From the IMG/VR virus record IMGVR_UViG_3300020060_000009: 35,108 nt of DNA. One strand, given 5' to 3'. The notes under the pieces were generated by a model. The model saw only the letters and a list, made by a program, of their open reading frames with translations, was not told the origin of the DNA and made no database searches. Below, piece by piece: positions 18,046-27,051 of the stretch. This DNA comes from a virus. Taxonomy: Duplodnaviria; Heunggongvirae; Uroviricota; Caudoviricetes. How positions within the stretch are numbered: position 1 is the stretch's first letter; each line of letters starts with the position of its first letter. The translations under genes were made by a program, and so were the position numbers.

Positions 18046-18297
18046 TTACCTTAAACTCCCATTTATTATTAACGCCCATTTATCAATCTTAAAAGCCATA
18101 GCCTCTAAACTTCCGTCTTCTTCAAGAACTCCATTTTTATCAATAAGGACTCTACTCTGTTTTCCATTAGTAGTTTGGATTTCAAATACAGCATGTTCTT
18201 TGTTGATTTGTTCTTGAGCATATTCAGTTAAGTTAGTATCTTTCCACCACTTAGTGCCCTCCGGGTTAATAAAATCCGGTTCTTTTCCATCAAGCAT
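18046..18297 (-). CDS. Hypothetical protein
   Basis: 83 aa ORF. Confidence 0.6.
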   Translation of the reverse strand: MLDGKEPDFINPEGTKWWKDTNLTEYAQEQINKEHAVFEIQTTNGKQSRVLIDKNGVLEEDGSLEAMAFKIDKWALIINGSLR

Positions 18298-18568
18298 GGC
18301 TCTTCTCCTCCCCTTCGCGCTCTATCTCACGAACCCTTTGCGTAATAGAATAACCTGTAAGCCTATAGGTGTCGGTTATGTCGTACCCTGCGCGTTCTCT
18401 AATACCATTGACCTCAGATATTCTAACATCTTTAACAGCTTCTTTAAGAAACGCCCAAACATCTACAGCAGATAGCATAGCGTTGCCACTCTCTTCTATC
18501 TTCTCGCCATCAAGCATATTAGCCTCAAAGCGTTCACGTAGATCACGATTGTTTTTTATAGAACTCAT
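18290..18568 (-). CDS. Hypothetical protein
   Basis: 92 aa, GAGGAG SD. Confidence 0.6.
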   Translation of the reverse strand: MSSIKNNRDLRERFEANMLDGEKIEESGNAMLSAVDVWAFLKEAVKDVRISEVNGIRERAGYDITDTYRLTGYSITQRVREIEREGEEKSHA

Positions 18569-18580
18569 ATCTGTTGCTCC

Positions 18581-18736
18581 TCAATTTGCATAAGTAGTGT
18601 TTACGTCGCCAATTAATTTCTTAAAGTAAATACGGGTTACAGGTTTAGTCAGTTTTGCCCCACAAGAACAGCGAGTTTTTTGCGAAACTGTTCCAAGAAC
18701 GGCTATATTTTGATATAAAACATGTATTTTCCTCAT
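18581..18736 (-). CDS. Small hypothetical protein (51 aa, RCSCG)
   Basis: Hand translated; ATGA overlap. Confidence 0.45.
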   Translation of the reverse strand: MRKIHVLYQNIAVLGTVSQKTRCSCGAKLTKPVTRIYFKKLIGDVNTTYAN

Positions 18737-19224
18737 ACTTGCTCCTTACTATCCCATATATATGCACGTTGACGTTGTTTGGCTCTCAACCGATTCTCAT
18801 CATGACCGTCGGGATTGTACGGGTTTGTTTTATCATCCTCACCGATAATATAAGCATCACGTTTGGTGTCACGATCTTTGATAGCTTTTTCAGCTAACTT
18901 AAGAACAAAATCCTTACTGATAGATTGGTCTGGGAACTCACCTTTTAACTGTCCATGGTCATACACCCATTTCAGTAGGGCTCTTAGGTTTTTGCCTTTT
19001 AAGGTTTCAGACAATTCATGTCTCTTTAATTCTTCATCGTGGGGCGAAATATCCATAGGCACAAAGAATCCAGCACCACTTGGCCAAAGAGCGCCACACT
19101 CGCAACCATGGTTACCGTTATGGCCTTTTTCATCTACACAGATACAGTCATGACCAGCCCCTATTGCTGCACCACCATTATTAGCGCATTTCATTTTTAA
19201 GCTCCTTAAAATATCTACCTTCAC
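18733..19224 (-). CDS. Hypothetical protein with Cys/His-rich N-terminus (start uncertain)
   Basis: HDCIC...GNHGCECG motif. Confidence 0.55.
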   Translation of the reverse strand: MKVDILRSLKMKCANNGGAAIGAGHDCICVDEKGHNGNHGCECGALWPSGAGFFVPMDISPHDEELKRHELSETLKGKNLRALLKWVYDHGQLKGEFPDQSISKDFVLKLAEKAIKDRDTKRDAYIIGEDDKTNPYNPDGHDENRLRAKQRQRAYIWDSKEQV

Positions 19225-19393
19225 CCGTATTAGAATCTATACAGTCTGCACCATATTTCTGTGAATAATGCCAAGAATATCCAAACTGTTCTTTACACTT
19301 TTGCTCTCTACCGTCATTAAGATTACCTGTTAGCCAGATTGTAAACCAAACAAGTAGCCCTAAAAATATAATAACTGCTATGGTATGTTTCAT
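19181..19393 (-). CDS. Single-TM protein with two Cys
   Basis: N-terminal TM, CKEQ...ADCID. Confidence 0.55.
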   Translation of the reverse strand: MKHTIAVIIFLGLLVWFTIWLTGNLNDGREQKCKEQFGYSWHYSQKYGADCIDSNTGEGRYFKELKNEMR

Positions 19394-19563
19394 TACTCTA
19401 CCCCCATAAGTAGGGCGGCAACTAGGAATAAGAAAGTACTAGCCCGCATAAAGCGTTGGCTAGTTTTTTTATCTTGGGTATGTTCTTCATAAGAAGCTAT
19501 CATAAAGAATACGCCTATAAATATCAACAAAACCGACGAGAAATGTAATAAATTGATAGCCAT
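19393..19563 (-). CDS. Small 2-TM protein (56 aa)
   Basis: Hand translated; TAATG coupling at both ends. Confidence 0.55.
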   Translation of the reverse strand: MAINLLHFSSVLLIFIGVFFMIASYEEHTQDKKTSQRFMRASTFLFLVAALLMGVE

Positions 19564-19844
19564 TACCTTGTCCTCCAGTTTAGTGCGTCTTCGCCTAGTT
19601 CTTTTACAATAATGTCATTTAGTGTTTTTGAGTTTACAGTAAGATAGTTATTTTTCTGGTTGGGCGACTTCATTGTGGGGAGTTTTACTCCTGCTCGGCG
19701 CAAACCGCTGGCGCGAGCTGACACCTGACCGTATTGCCAGTCCTGCTGTTTCACAAGCCCCATAAGACCAATCTCATCTTTGTAGGCAGCAACCCATAGT
19801 TCTACGAACTTTTCGTTGCTAGTATCATTAACATTTTTACTCAT
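19563..19844 (-). CDS. Possible HTH protein (start reassigned to MSKNVND)
   Basis: VSARASGLRRAGVKL recognition-helix-like segment. Confidence 0.45.
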   Translation of the reverse strand: MSKNVNDTSNEKFVELWVAAYKDEIGLMGLVKQQDWQYGQVSARASGLRRAGVKLPTMKSPNQKNNYLTVNSKTLNDIIVKELGEDALNWRTR

Positions 19845-19846
19845 AA

Positions 19847-20188
19847 CTATGATAATTCCTTCTCGAGCCTTAAATGATAAGCGCACAATAAACCAGTATA
19901 TCCTTTACCAACAATAAACTTGTCTTTTTGTTTTCTCCTAGTTATTATACCGACAGGTTTAAGGCATGTCACACAAATATGAACATTCTTCTTACCAGCA
20001 TATGATGTATGTTTATGAGAAAACAATTTATCAATATTCTCACGAAACTCTGTGTCATTTCTCAAATCTTCTGTATGGCTTGTAGCGCCCCATGTTTTTT
20101 TGCCCCTAGCATTATTACCTGCTGCATACTTTTGAGCAACATGTGAGTTGTTAGTGCCCTGCTTTTCTCTATATTCTGCGTAGTTCAT
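19847..20188 (-). CDS. Hypothetical protein with CxxC...CxxH (start reassigned to MNYAEY)
   Basis: TAATG coupling at 20188. Confidence 0.55.
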   Translation of the reverse strand: MNYAEYREKQGTNNSHVAQKYAAGNNARGKKTWGATSHTEDLRNDTEFRENIDKLFSHKHTSYAGKKNVHICVTCLKPVGIITRRKQKDKFIVGKGYTGLLCAYHLRLEKELS

Positions 20189-20649
20189 TACGCTACCTTC
20201 TTCCATGTAAGCCATCGTAGTTTAAGGAACTCAATCTCCGCGTCTAGGCTCTTAATATTTTTCTGACATTCTCGCACTCGTTTACTAAACTCCATCCAGT
20301 ATCCTTCGCCAAAGCCCCAAGAACCTTTTTCCATTGCTTTTTTAGAGTCAAAGTTTTCAGGTCGGACGAAAGTTTCATTCTTCCCGTAACTGCTCATAGC
20401 GAAACGAGTAATAGTTGCAGGAGGATTAGCCATGTAATCTGTTTCTGCCTCAATATTATTTTGTCGATACTTTTTATAGTTCTCAACTACTTCTGGAATA
20501 CGATCACGGCTTTGCTCATAAGGAAGATACTTAGCGCCTTCACAACTAGAGGTTTGTCCCCAGCCATTACCAGGGCGTAAAAAACCATGGTGGGCTATAG
20601 TGCCAGTATTGGATTTTATCTCTCGAGCGCAAATTTGACAATGACTCAT
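20188..20649 (-). CDS. Hypothetical protein, N-terminal CQIC...HHG...C zinc-binding motif
   Basis: 153 aa ORF. Confidence 0.6.
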   Translation of the reverse strand: MSHCQICAREIKSNTGTIAHHGFLRPGNGWGQTSSCEGAKYLPYEQSRDRIPEVVENYKKYRQNNIEAETDYMANPPATITRFAMSSYGKNETFVRPENFDSKKAMEKGSWGFGEGYWMEFSKRVRECQKNIKSLDAEIEFLKLRWLTWKKVA

Positions 20650-20729
20650 TATAGCGCTCCGTTGATGACAAAGAAGAACAATACAAAAAGTACTATTCCT
20701 TCAACCAAGTTTTGTTTTTTAGTACTCAT
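20649..20729 (-). CDS. 26-aa membrane peptide
   Basis: Hand translated MSTKKQNLVEGIVLFVLFFFVINGAL; behind TAAGAAAGGCTT leader; TAATG coupling. Confidence 0.55.
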   Translation of the reverse strand: MSTKKQNLVEGIVLFVLFFFVINGAL

Positions 20730-20764
20730 TTTTCTAAAGCCTTTCTTACTGTCTTTATATTTTA

Positions 20765-20793
20765 ATTATGCTCTCTTTCATTTGAAAACACAA
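20765..20793 (-). promoter_or_regulatory. Early-type promoter TTGTGT-N17-CATAAT
   Basis: Exact motif and spacing. Confidence 0.8.
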
Positions 20794-20817
20794 GCTTTTT
20801 CATAAAGATTCTTCAAA

Positions 20818-20842
20818 GAAAATAGACACTATCTCTAGTGCC
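20818..20842 (-). terminator. Intrinsic terminator
   Basis: GGCACTA-GAGA-TAGTGTC then TATTTTC on minus. Confidence 0.55.
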
Positions 20843-20861
20843 TACCTTACAACAACTGTAA

Positions 20862-21221
20862 TTAAAGTTCGTGTTTATCTTTTATGGATTGCACATACTG
20901 ATCAAGTATAGTTTCTGAATCTTCTTCACTACCATTAAACATTTCACAAAATTCATTGTTCTTATCCATAAATTCCGTAAGAGCCTCTGATAATGTATCC
21001 CCATAGCCAACATAATCCGGACAATCTAATTGATGAACACCGTCAAAATCATCAAGATTATCAACCCCTGCCATGACCTTCTGCACTTCTGGCATAAATA
21101 GAGAATACTCTACCCACGAAACATCAAATAGACCGCCACCAACTGATATAATTTCCATACTTACACCGTTATTGAGCAAAAACGCCAATTCAGCGCTCTG
21201 TCTACTACTTAAATCAGACAT
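20862..21221 (-). CDS. Acidic hypothetical protein
   Basis: 119 aa ORF. Confidence 0.6.
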   Translation of the reverse strand: MSDLSSRQSAELAFLLNNGVSMEIISVGGGLFDVSWVEYSLFMPEVQKVMAGVDNLDDFDGVHQLDCPDYVGYGDTLSEALTEFMDKNNEFCEMFNGSEEDSETILDQYVQSIKDKHEL

Positions 21222-21681
21222 CTTTCAACAGTTCCTTTATCTCTTTATCTACTTCTTCATAGCTTGCTTCTACACCATAGATTTTAGCGCGCATTTCACG
21301 TTTCTTCTCAGCAAGAACACCCTCAATACGAATAGTTTCTTCACTGTAGATATTTAGTTCTGGAAATACTTTGTAATCATTTCTGTAACCGCAATAAACA
21401 CTAAGAGCTGGAACTTTGGTGATATAGTCGCTAGTACTAACACCGTTCTTGTCGAATTTAGGTTTAAGTTTTTGTGCAAGTTCAAAGAACTTCTTTCCTG
21501 CTTCAAGATAAGCTTTAACTTCTTTATCTTTTGCAAATTCTTTTAAGAGTTTATCGGTAAGAATTGATTTTCCTCTTTCGCGCTCGTCCAAAATAGTCTT
21601 CTCACGCTTTTTGAATTGCTCTGTGTAGATTTCATCCAGCATTTTACGCTGCATACCATTTAAGTTCTTTTTAACTTCCAT
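21214..21681 (-). CDS. Helical hypothetical protein
   Basis: 155 aa ORF, first gene behind the ~430-nt structured leader. Confidence 0.65.
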   Translation of the reverse strand: MEVKKNLNGMQRKMLDEIYTEQFKKREKTILDERERGKSILTDKLLKEFAKDKEVKAYLEAGKKFFELAQKLKPKFDKNGVSTSDYITKVPALSVYCGYRNDYKVFPELNIYSEETIRIEGVLAEKKREMRAKIYGVEASYEEVDKEIKELLKDV

Positions 21682-21697
21682 TATAACCCTTCTTTTA

Positions 21698-22104
21698 AAT
21701 TAAAAACACATTGCTGGCGAGGTACACGTCACATAAGGCGACACAATACGACACAACTTTTTTACCGAATGACGTTTCAGTTGGAGACCTGCATACCTCA
21801 CCAATAGTGTGTTTTTAATTGTTAATGTTCTAACTATTCATATAGTTACATGGGCTAGTAGCAATAACGCACCACAAGGCGGTTAATTAGACCTGTTAAT
21901 TTCCCTTGCTTTCTTGCTACTAGCTTTGGTCTACATAAGGCGCTTCATCGTTAGCCATCGCTGATAGGGCTTTCTTTACACGGTGACTTATGTAGCCATG
22001 AAGAACACACAAGCTGTCTAGAATTGCTCTTTCGAGAGAACGTACCCGTCGGTTTTTCAACTTCTCTTGTGTGCCCATGTAACTGTACGAATTGTCAAAG
22101 TTCT
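21698..22104 (-). ncRNA. Structured leader/ncRNA: two boxA-like motif + hairpin units
   Basis: Stems 21836-21855/22073-22092, 21856-21864/21914-21922, 21931-21939/21987-21995, 22006-22013/22066-22073 and 21698-21724/21794-21820. No ORF of 60 aa or more. Confidence 0.65.
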
Positions 22105-22114
22105 TCTACAATTA

Positions 22115-22143
22115 ATTATGCTCTTTTTCGGCGAAAAACACAA
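22115..22143 (-). promoter_or_regulatory. Early-type promoter TTGTGT-N17-CATAAT
   Basis: Exact motif and spacing; drives the structured leader. Confidence 0.8.
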
Positions 22144-22147
22144 GCGT

Positions 22148-22465
22148 TTAGTTGTGTAATTTTTCAGCAATTTTGGGGTCTATTAAATAACCATTAGCCG
22201 TTGGAGTTACGCCGGAAGCATACTCAATTTCTCCACCTGTTTTACTACAAAACGGGCATTTATGTTGGTAATAAAGGATATATTCCCCTTTACTATCTGC
22301 CATTAATGCTCTAGGAAGTTTTGTATCCTTGCCTAGAGCCGGGCAGTCATGGTAATAAACTGGTGTAGCTTCTAATTCTTGTGTCAATTGAACTCCTCTA
22401 TGCATTAATGTACATGGTGTTGGTATGTGCGGTTCGTTATGATAATGTAGGCGTGGGTCGCTCAT
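22148..22465 (-). CDS. Hypothetical protein (HDCP...HKCPFC zinc-binding)
   Basis: 105 aa ORF. Confidence 0.55.
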   Translation of the reverse strand: MSDPRLHYHNEPHIPTPCTLMHRGVQLTQELEATPVYYHDCPALGKDTKLPRALMADSKGEYILYYQHKCPFCSKTGGEIEYASGVTPTANGYLIDPKIAEKLHN

Positions 22466-22670
22466 CTTTTATCTCAATCGTTGTTTCTTCTATGAAAGTG
22501 ACTTGAGGGATATTTATAAGAATACTATCTTTACCTTTAGTAAAGAAATAATAATTGCCATTACCAACTGCTCTTTGATAATTCTCTATAAATGTTGGTA
22601 CATGATCTCCGCTTAATTGCAAACTATCACGTCCTGTAAAATGTACTCGTATTACTCGTTCTGTTTTCAT
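22437..22670 (-). CDS. Hypothetical protein
   Basis: 77 aa ORF. Confidence 0.6.
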   Translation of the reverse strand: MKTERVIRVHFTGRDSLQLSGDHVPTFIENYQRAVGNGNYYFFTKGKDSILINIPQVTFIEETTIEIKDERPTPTLS

Positions 22671-22954
22671 TATTTTATCATCTCTATTTTATAGTGTTTA
22701 GCTATTCGTCTTGCCCAAGCCTTGTCTCCATCATCAACAAAAGCCCAACCCTCATTATTAACATACCTTGTACCTTGGTTAGAAAATAACGACATAGTCT
22801 TCATTCCGTCACTCCATAATATTTCTTCGCCTACATATAGACGGTACCTGAACTCAGCCTTAGAATCGTTCCATTCTTTAACGACTTTATAAACTTTTTT
22901 AGTATCAACGATATCGCGTTGAGGTTTTTTATCTTTTTTGGAGAACCACATCAT
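22670..22954 (-). CDS. Hypothetical protein
   Basis: 94 aa ORF, coupled. Confidence 0.6.
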   Translation of the reverse strand: MMWFSKKDKKPQRDIVDTKKVYKVVKEWNDSKAEFRYRLYVGEEILWSDGMKTMSLFSNQGTRYVNNEGWAFVDDGDKAWARRIAKHYKIEMIK

Positions 22955-23304
22955 TTATTCTTTCTGATTTTCATTACTCTATCACCTGTTTGCGTAGCGT
23001 CGCTTTTCTTACCGACCACCTCAACTTTTAATTTAACACCATCAGTCAGTTTGCGCACCATTTCTTTTTTAATATAATCGTCTAATTTATCTTCGCTCTC
23101 GTCCCAAAACCAGTTATTCTCATTAATCTTTTGTTCTATAGCGTGATCGACAAGATGCTGAACATTTAGCTTATCGCGTAAGAGTACATCTACCCGACGC
23201 TCAACAACCTTTTCAACAGTGGATTCAACAATTTCCCTTATTTCCTCTTTGGTAATCTTTAGGGTATTATGAACGTGATTCTTCAAGTCTTTATATGTAC
23301 TCAT
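22951..23304 (-). CDS. Hypothetical protein
   Basis: 117 aa ORF, ATGA overlaps. Confidence 0.6.
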   Translation of the reverse strand: MSTYKDLKNHVHNTLKITKEEIREIVESTVEKVVERRVDVLLRDKLNVQHLVDHAIEQKINENNWFWDESEDKLDDYIKKEMVRKLTDGVKLKVEVVGKKSDATQTGDRVMKIRKNK

Positions 23305-23498
23305 TTTATTTCCTTAGTCCTTTCTATAAAATTTTCAGCTGCTCCTCTGGCGTCTCTTGGGGTTTCCCAATCGTTTGAATAGAACATTGCAACTCTTTTT
23401 ACTTTTAATCGTTTTAAGAATCTTGTTAGATAGGCGTATTCTACATAGCAAATAGTTCCATCCGGACTCCATCGCCAATATAATTCATTTAATTTCAT
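23301..23498 (-). CDS. Hypothetical protein (start reassigned to MKLNELY)
   Basis: ATGA overlap with upstream small ORF. Confidence 0.55.
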   Translation of the reverse strand: MKLNELYWRWSPDGTICYVEYAYLTRFLKRLKVKRVAMFYSNDWETPRDARGAAENFIERTKEIK

Positions 23499-23656
23499 GC
23501 GTTCCAAGCCCATTTAATAAATTGAATGAGTCCAAATAAGCATACTCCTATAAAGCTAAACCATACTACCATGAATACAATATACATCGCTAAAGTTAAT
23601 TTCATATGTCTTGCTCGCCACATTGCATTCTTGTATGGCCTATAATCTTTTGTCAT
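23495..23656 (-). CDS. Small single-TM protein (53 aa)
   Basis: Hand translated; TAATG and ATGA coupling. Confidence 0.55.
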   Translation of the reverse strand: MTKDYRPYKNAMWRARHMKLTLAMYIVFMVVWFSFIGVCLFGLIQFIKWAWNA

Positions 23657-23907
23657 TACAATATCTCCAATTCAAAACAACTAAGACGAAGAACAAGATT
23701 ATTACCTGATATATATTTCTTAGAATTACGTGTATAATTCTTTACCATAAAATCAGAAGCGTATAAGCCATTAGCTCCACCAGTTGTGCTTTGAAGAAGA
23801 TGGAAAATCTCAATTGAATCTCCTTCTTTAATATCCTCAAAGAATTTAGCTTTAGTCGGTTTGATTATCTTCTTTACCCTTAGCTCACCACTTGATAGTT
23901 TAATCAT
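23656..23907 (-). CDS. Hypothetical protein
   Basis: 83 aa ORF. Confidence 0.6.
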   Translation of the reverse strand: MIKLSSGELRVKKIIKPTKAKFFEDIKEGDSIEIFHLLQSTTGGANGLYASDFMVKNYTRNSKKYISGNNLVLRLSCFELEIL

Positions 23908-24182
23908 GATTTACCTTTCTCTTCTAAAAATTTAATCATTAATTTATCAAAACATGAGGCGTGAAAGTCATACAAAATCCAATCTCCACGCACCTTGTTC
24001 TCCTTTGGCTTTAACCAAGAAAAAACTATATGAATAACATTGTACTTATGATGATTAATAGTCGTACCATCACTCGACTTCATGTAATGGTAGCAGTATC
24101 CGTCTACTTTTGTGTCAATTTCTGTGTCGCAAAACTCACATATAGTAGCTTGAACCAATTTACTTATCTCTCGTTTACTCAT
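23904..24182 (-). CDS. Zinc-binding hypothetical protein
   Basis: CEFC...FHASC. Confidence 0.55.
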   Translation of the reverse strand: MSKREISKLVQATICEFCDTEIDTKVDGYCYHYMKSSDGTTINHHKYNVIHIVFSWLKPKENKVRGDWILYDFHASCFDKLMIKFLEEKGKS

Positions 24183-24183
24183 A

Positions 24184-24468
24184 TTAGCTCATATCTACTT
24201 TCCAATAAATTCTACATTTAGTACACCATTGTGTCACATCACTACCGGATGGAGTATGTTGCACACTTTTCCAAACATTAGGAAAAGCTGAATAATAATT
24301 ATGTGCTTCATTAATACAATGTCTGTATTCTGGGAGTTTATCTGCTGTTACATTCCAACCTAAGAACTTATACCCTTGGAATATGAGATTCTCTTCTTCC
24401 ATATATAAAGTTCTATTTGTATAAATGTCTTGGTATGGACCATATCCATGTTCGTATGGTGATTTCAT
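24184..24468 (-). CDS. Hypothetical protein (HC...H...CxxC)
   Basis: 94 aa ORF. Confidence 0.55.
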   Translation of the reverse strand: MKSPYEHGYGPYQDIYTNRTLYMEEENLIFQGYKFLGWNVTADKLPEYRHCINEAHNYYSAFPNVWKSVQHTPSGSDVTQWCTKCRIYWKVDMS

Positions 24469-24962
24469 ATCGCATCTCCTAGCAAGGCGTGTATGTTCGG
24501 GACTAAGCTTCTTGTTATCTCTGAACCGTATACTCTTCTATTTGTTAGTTTTTTCATTTGGGCGCGACGCTTTTCTAACTCTTCATCAGATACAAGCTTA
24601 TGCCCTTTACCATTATTACATGAATCGCACATTGGTTGTTTATTGTCAAGAGACTCAATCATTTCATCTGACCAACCAAGTTCTTTACAGACCTTTTTAG
24701 GAATAATGTGGTCTACTGTCATAAGTACAAAGTCATCGGTATAAAGGTCTATATGGACGCGCCCATGAGATTTTCGTTTCCGAGTGTACTTTGCGTCACC
24801 TGTCTCTCTACCTAGCGCTAGAAGCGTTCCTACGCGTCCACAGGCCACACATTCTCTTCCCTTTTCGACGAATACTTGCAATCGTTCATGGAACTGATAC
24901 TCTGTGTACAGTTCTGCTAGTGGAAGAAAGCTAAGAAGCTCTTTGCCATGTGGCAGTTTCAT
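24465..24962 (-). CDS. HNH endonuclease
   Basis: CVACG...TVDHIIPK...NKQPMCDSCNNGKG. Confidence 0.85.
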   Translation of the reverse strand: MKLPHGKELLSFLPLAELYTEYQFHERLQVFVEKGRECVACGRVGTLLALGRETGDAKYTRKRKSHGRVHIDLYTDDFVLMTVDHIIPKKVCKELGWSDEMIESLDNKQPMCDSCNNGKGHKLVSDEELEKRRAQMKKLTNRRVYGSEITRSLVPNIHALLGDAI

Positions 24963-26230
24963 TACTTAACGACCTTCGGAACTGGTATTAATGCAACCGC
25001 AAGGCTTATAATGTAGTCCTGAAACGCTCTTGTGTTATCTGAATAGCCAGACTTAGTATGGGCGATCTCTTCAAACAGGATTGCTGTTCTTTGGTCGTCA
25101 TTCATACCTTCTAAGGCTTCGCTTAAAAGTATTAAGCCATTTTCGGTATCCGCCAAACCCTGTACGTCGTTATCCTTAAATTTAGCTAACTTTATGTCTT
25201 CTAGTGGGTGTGTAAAACCAACACTAGCCAATCTTGTCATAGCAGGTTGCATGAAGTCAACGCGCTTGTCAATAATTATATATGCTTCCTTGCTAGAACC
25301 CATAATAGTAAGACGATCTTTAAACTGATTGTAAAGGTGTTTACAAAGTGTCTCTGGCAGAACTACACTGGATGGCGTAACACCGTAAAAACCACCATAT
25401 TCTTGAGGGACTATCCTCTTATCTTTAAGAGCTTCGTACCATGTTTCTGAAAATTCTCCAAAAGAATCATCGAAAATATAGTTCCAGAAGTTAGAATCTT
25501 TTTCAATATTATGTGCGCCAGAATGAAGGAAGTGATTAATTGCTTCTAGGTTATCGCAAGTAGCTAATATCTCGGCGCAGCGTTGCCTTGCTTCATAGTC
25601 ATGTTCGGCCACACGGCTCTCATTAATGCTTAGTGTCCTCGTATCATAGTCGAATACTGATTGTGTTCTATTTGTGTACGCACGAATACCCATTCTAAAT
25701 ACGGTCAAACTATCTATGTTATTCTTCTGCAAAAGAGTGTTGCCATTATGTTCTGAGAGTATGCTTCGAGTATTACTAAAGTACTGTGACCAGTTATCAA
25801 TTAAATCTTTAAGCTTCTCGTTACGCTCAATGTAAATCTTAGTTGAACCCGATTCTGGGCTAACAGAGGTGACTAATTTCATAGTTCCGTTTTCGTCTAA
25901 GTTATTGCTATATATCTCGCGGATAGCGAACCATGTCTCCCAGTTAATACCAGCTTCGATGGTGATGCTTGTCTTTTCACCATTAACGGTAATAACTGTA
26001 ACTATTTGATCGAGGAACTTAGACTTGCGAGTACCTATTTTTATCTCATCGTTACCTGAGAACACTTTGAAGTCGATACCTTCACGAAGAAGTACGGCCA
26101 AGGCATACTTAAGCCCTGTGCCAAAGTAACCAATCTTTGTTGAATCGTTACGCTTTGAACTGGCTCCTAGTAATTTAAAAGCATTTACTGGAACTTCACC
26201 TGTGTTGCTGAACTCTAGATAATCACTCAT
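24962..26230 (-). CDS. GHKL-type ATPase with permuted motif order and C-terminal zincin-like EExxH domain
   Basis: KIGYFGTGLKYA G-box near the N-terminus, IREIYSNNLDE N-box later, LFEEIAH...GYSDNTRAF at the C-terminus. Confidence 0.65.
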   Translation of the reverse strand: MSDYLEFSNTGEVPVNAFKLLGASSKRNDSTKIGYFGTGLKYALAVLLREGIDFKVFSGNDEIKIGTRKSKFLDQIVTVITVNGEKTSITIEAGINWETWFAIREIYSNNLDENGTMKLVTSVSPESGSTKIYIERNEKLKDLIDNWSQYFSNTRSILSEHNGNTLLQKNNIDSLTVFRMGIRAYTNRTQSVFDYDTRTLSINESRVAEHDYEARQRCAEILATCDNLEAINHFLHSGAHNIEKDSNFWNYIFDDSFGEFSETWYEALKDKRIVPQEYGGFYGVTPSSVVLPETLCKHLYNQFKDRLTIMGSSKEAYIIIDKRVDFMQPAMTRLASVGFTHPLEDIKLAKFKDNDVQGLADTENGLILLSEALEGMNDDQRTAILFEEIAHTKSGYSDNTRAFQDYIISLAVALIPVPKVVK

Positions 26231-26231
26231 T

Positions 26232-26831
26232 TTATTTACTCCCCTTATTTAAGTGTTCGGTTACTGCTTTAGCTATCTTTTGCGTTAAGCCGAACTCGGT
26301 AGTTGTCTGGAAAAAGTTCGGAAGTTGCGATTCAAGCATGTCGCTATTATCGTCAAGGATAGCATATCGAGCATCTTCGCAATTATTATCTTTAAGCCAT
26401 TTTTGAATCTCTTCACCGCGCGGTACATTGCCTAAATCAGGCGTAATGTCAATAAATTCCACAACCTGTTTGCGCACATCTTCTCGTGCATTCTTCCATA
26501 AGCGCCAAGTGCTGGAAAGAACAACCTCACATCCAGTATCTAATACAATCTTCCCTAGTAAAAAAGCAGGATATGGGTCTATACCAAGAACCCCGCGAGA
26601 CTCAGATACAACTGCATAGTGTTGACTATTAAGAACGCCATCTACATCAAGAAAAATAAGCTTTTTCGGTATCTTTTCTAATTGATGAGAGAAAAAACTT
26701 GATTGCCTACCGTCTGAAAATTCCAAGCTAAACATACTTAAGTGAGGAGCTACTTCATTAACCTCTTGTAATACGCCGAGCTGACCATTGTGTTCATTCT
26801 CTTCGTCAACAATTTTATAAAGATTATGCAT
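26232..26831 (-). CDS. HAD-family phosphatase (Swiss-army-knife RNA-repair-like HAD) with N-terminal SH3-like extension
   Basis: FLDVDGVLNS, VVLSSTWR, RGEEI, YAILDD. Confidence 0.8.
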   Translation of the reverse strand: MHNLYKIVDEENEHNGQLGVLQEVNEVAPHLSMFSLEFSDGRQSSFFSHQLEKIPKKLIFLDVDGVLNSQHYAVVSESRGVLGIDPYPAFLLGKIVLDTGCEVVLSSTWRLWKNAREDVRKQVVEFIDITPDLGNVPRGEEIQKWLKDNNCEDARYAILDDNSDMLESQLPNFFQTTTEFGLTQKIAKAVTEHLNKGSK

Positions 26832-27051
26832 GTTTCCATTTCCCCTTTCTTAATATGTAATCAACATTGTCATAACAAAATGGCTCAGTGTCATAGTTAA
26901 ACACCCACATAGAACTTGCAAAACCTATACTTGTGACTGTCTTACTCATAATTCTAGGATTATGGATTTCATCTTCCTGAGGTAGGCCAATTCTACTAAT
27001 ATAAACAATAACAATGTCGCCGATTACAAGTTTTGGCTTTTCGGTAATCAT
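26824..27051 (-). CDS. Hypothetical protein
   Basis: 75 aa ORF. Confidence 0.55.
   Translation of the reverse strand: MITEKPKLVIGDIVIVYISRIGLPQEDEIHNPRIMSKTVTSIGFASSMWVFNYDTEPFCYDNVDYILRKGKWKHA

Noticed and set aside
19438-19470. Plus-strand hairpin plus T7 tract resembling a terminator
   Set aside because: Lies inside a coupled minus-strand 56-aa ORF with no plus-strand gene to terminate. It may be chance or an antisense terminator and cannot be supported.
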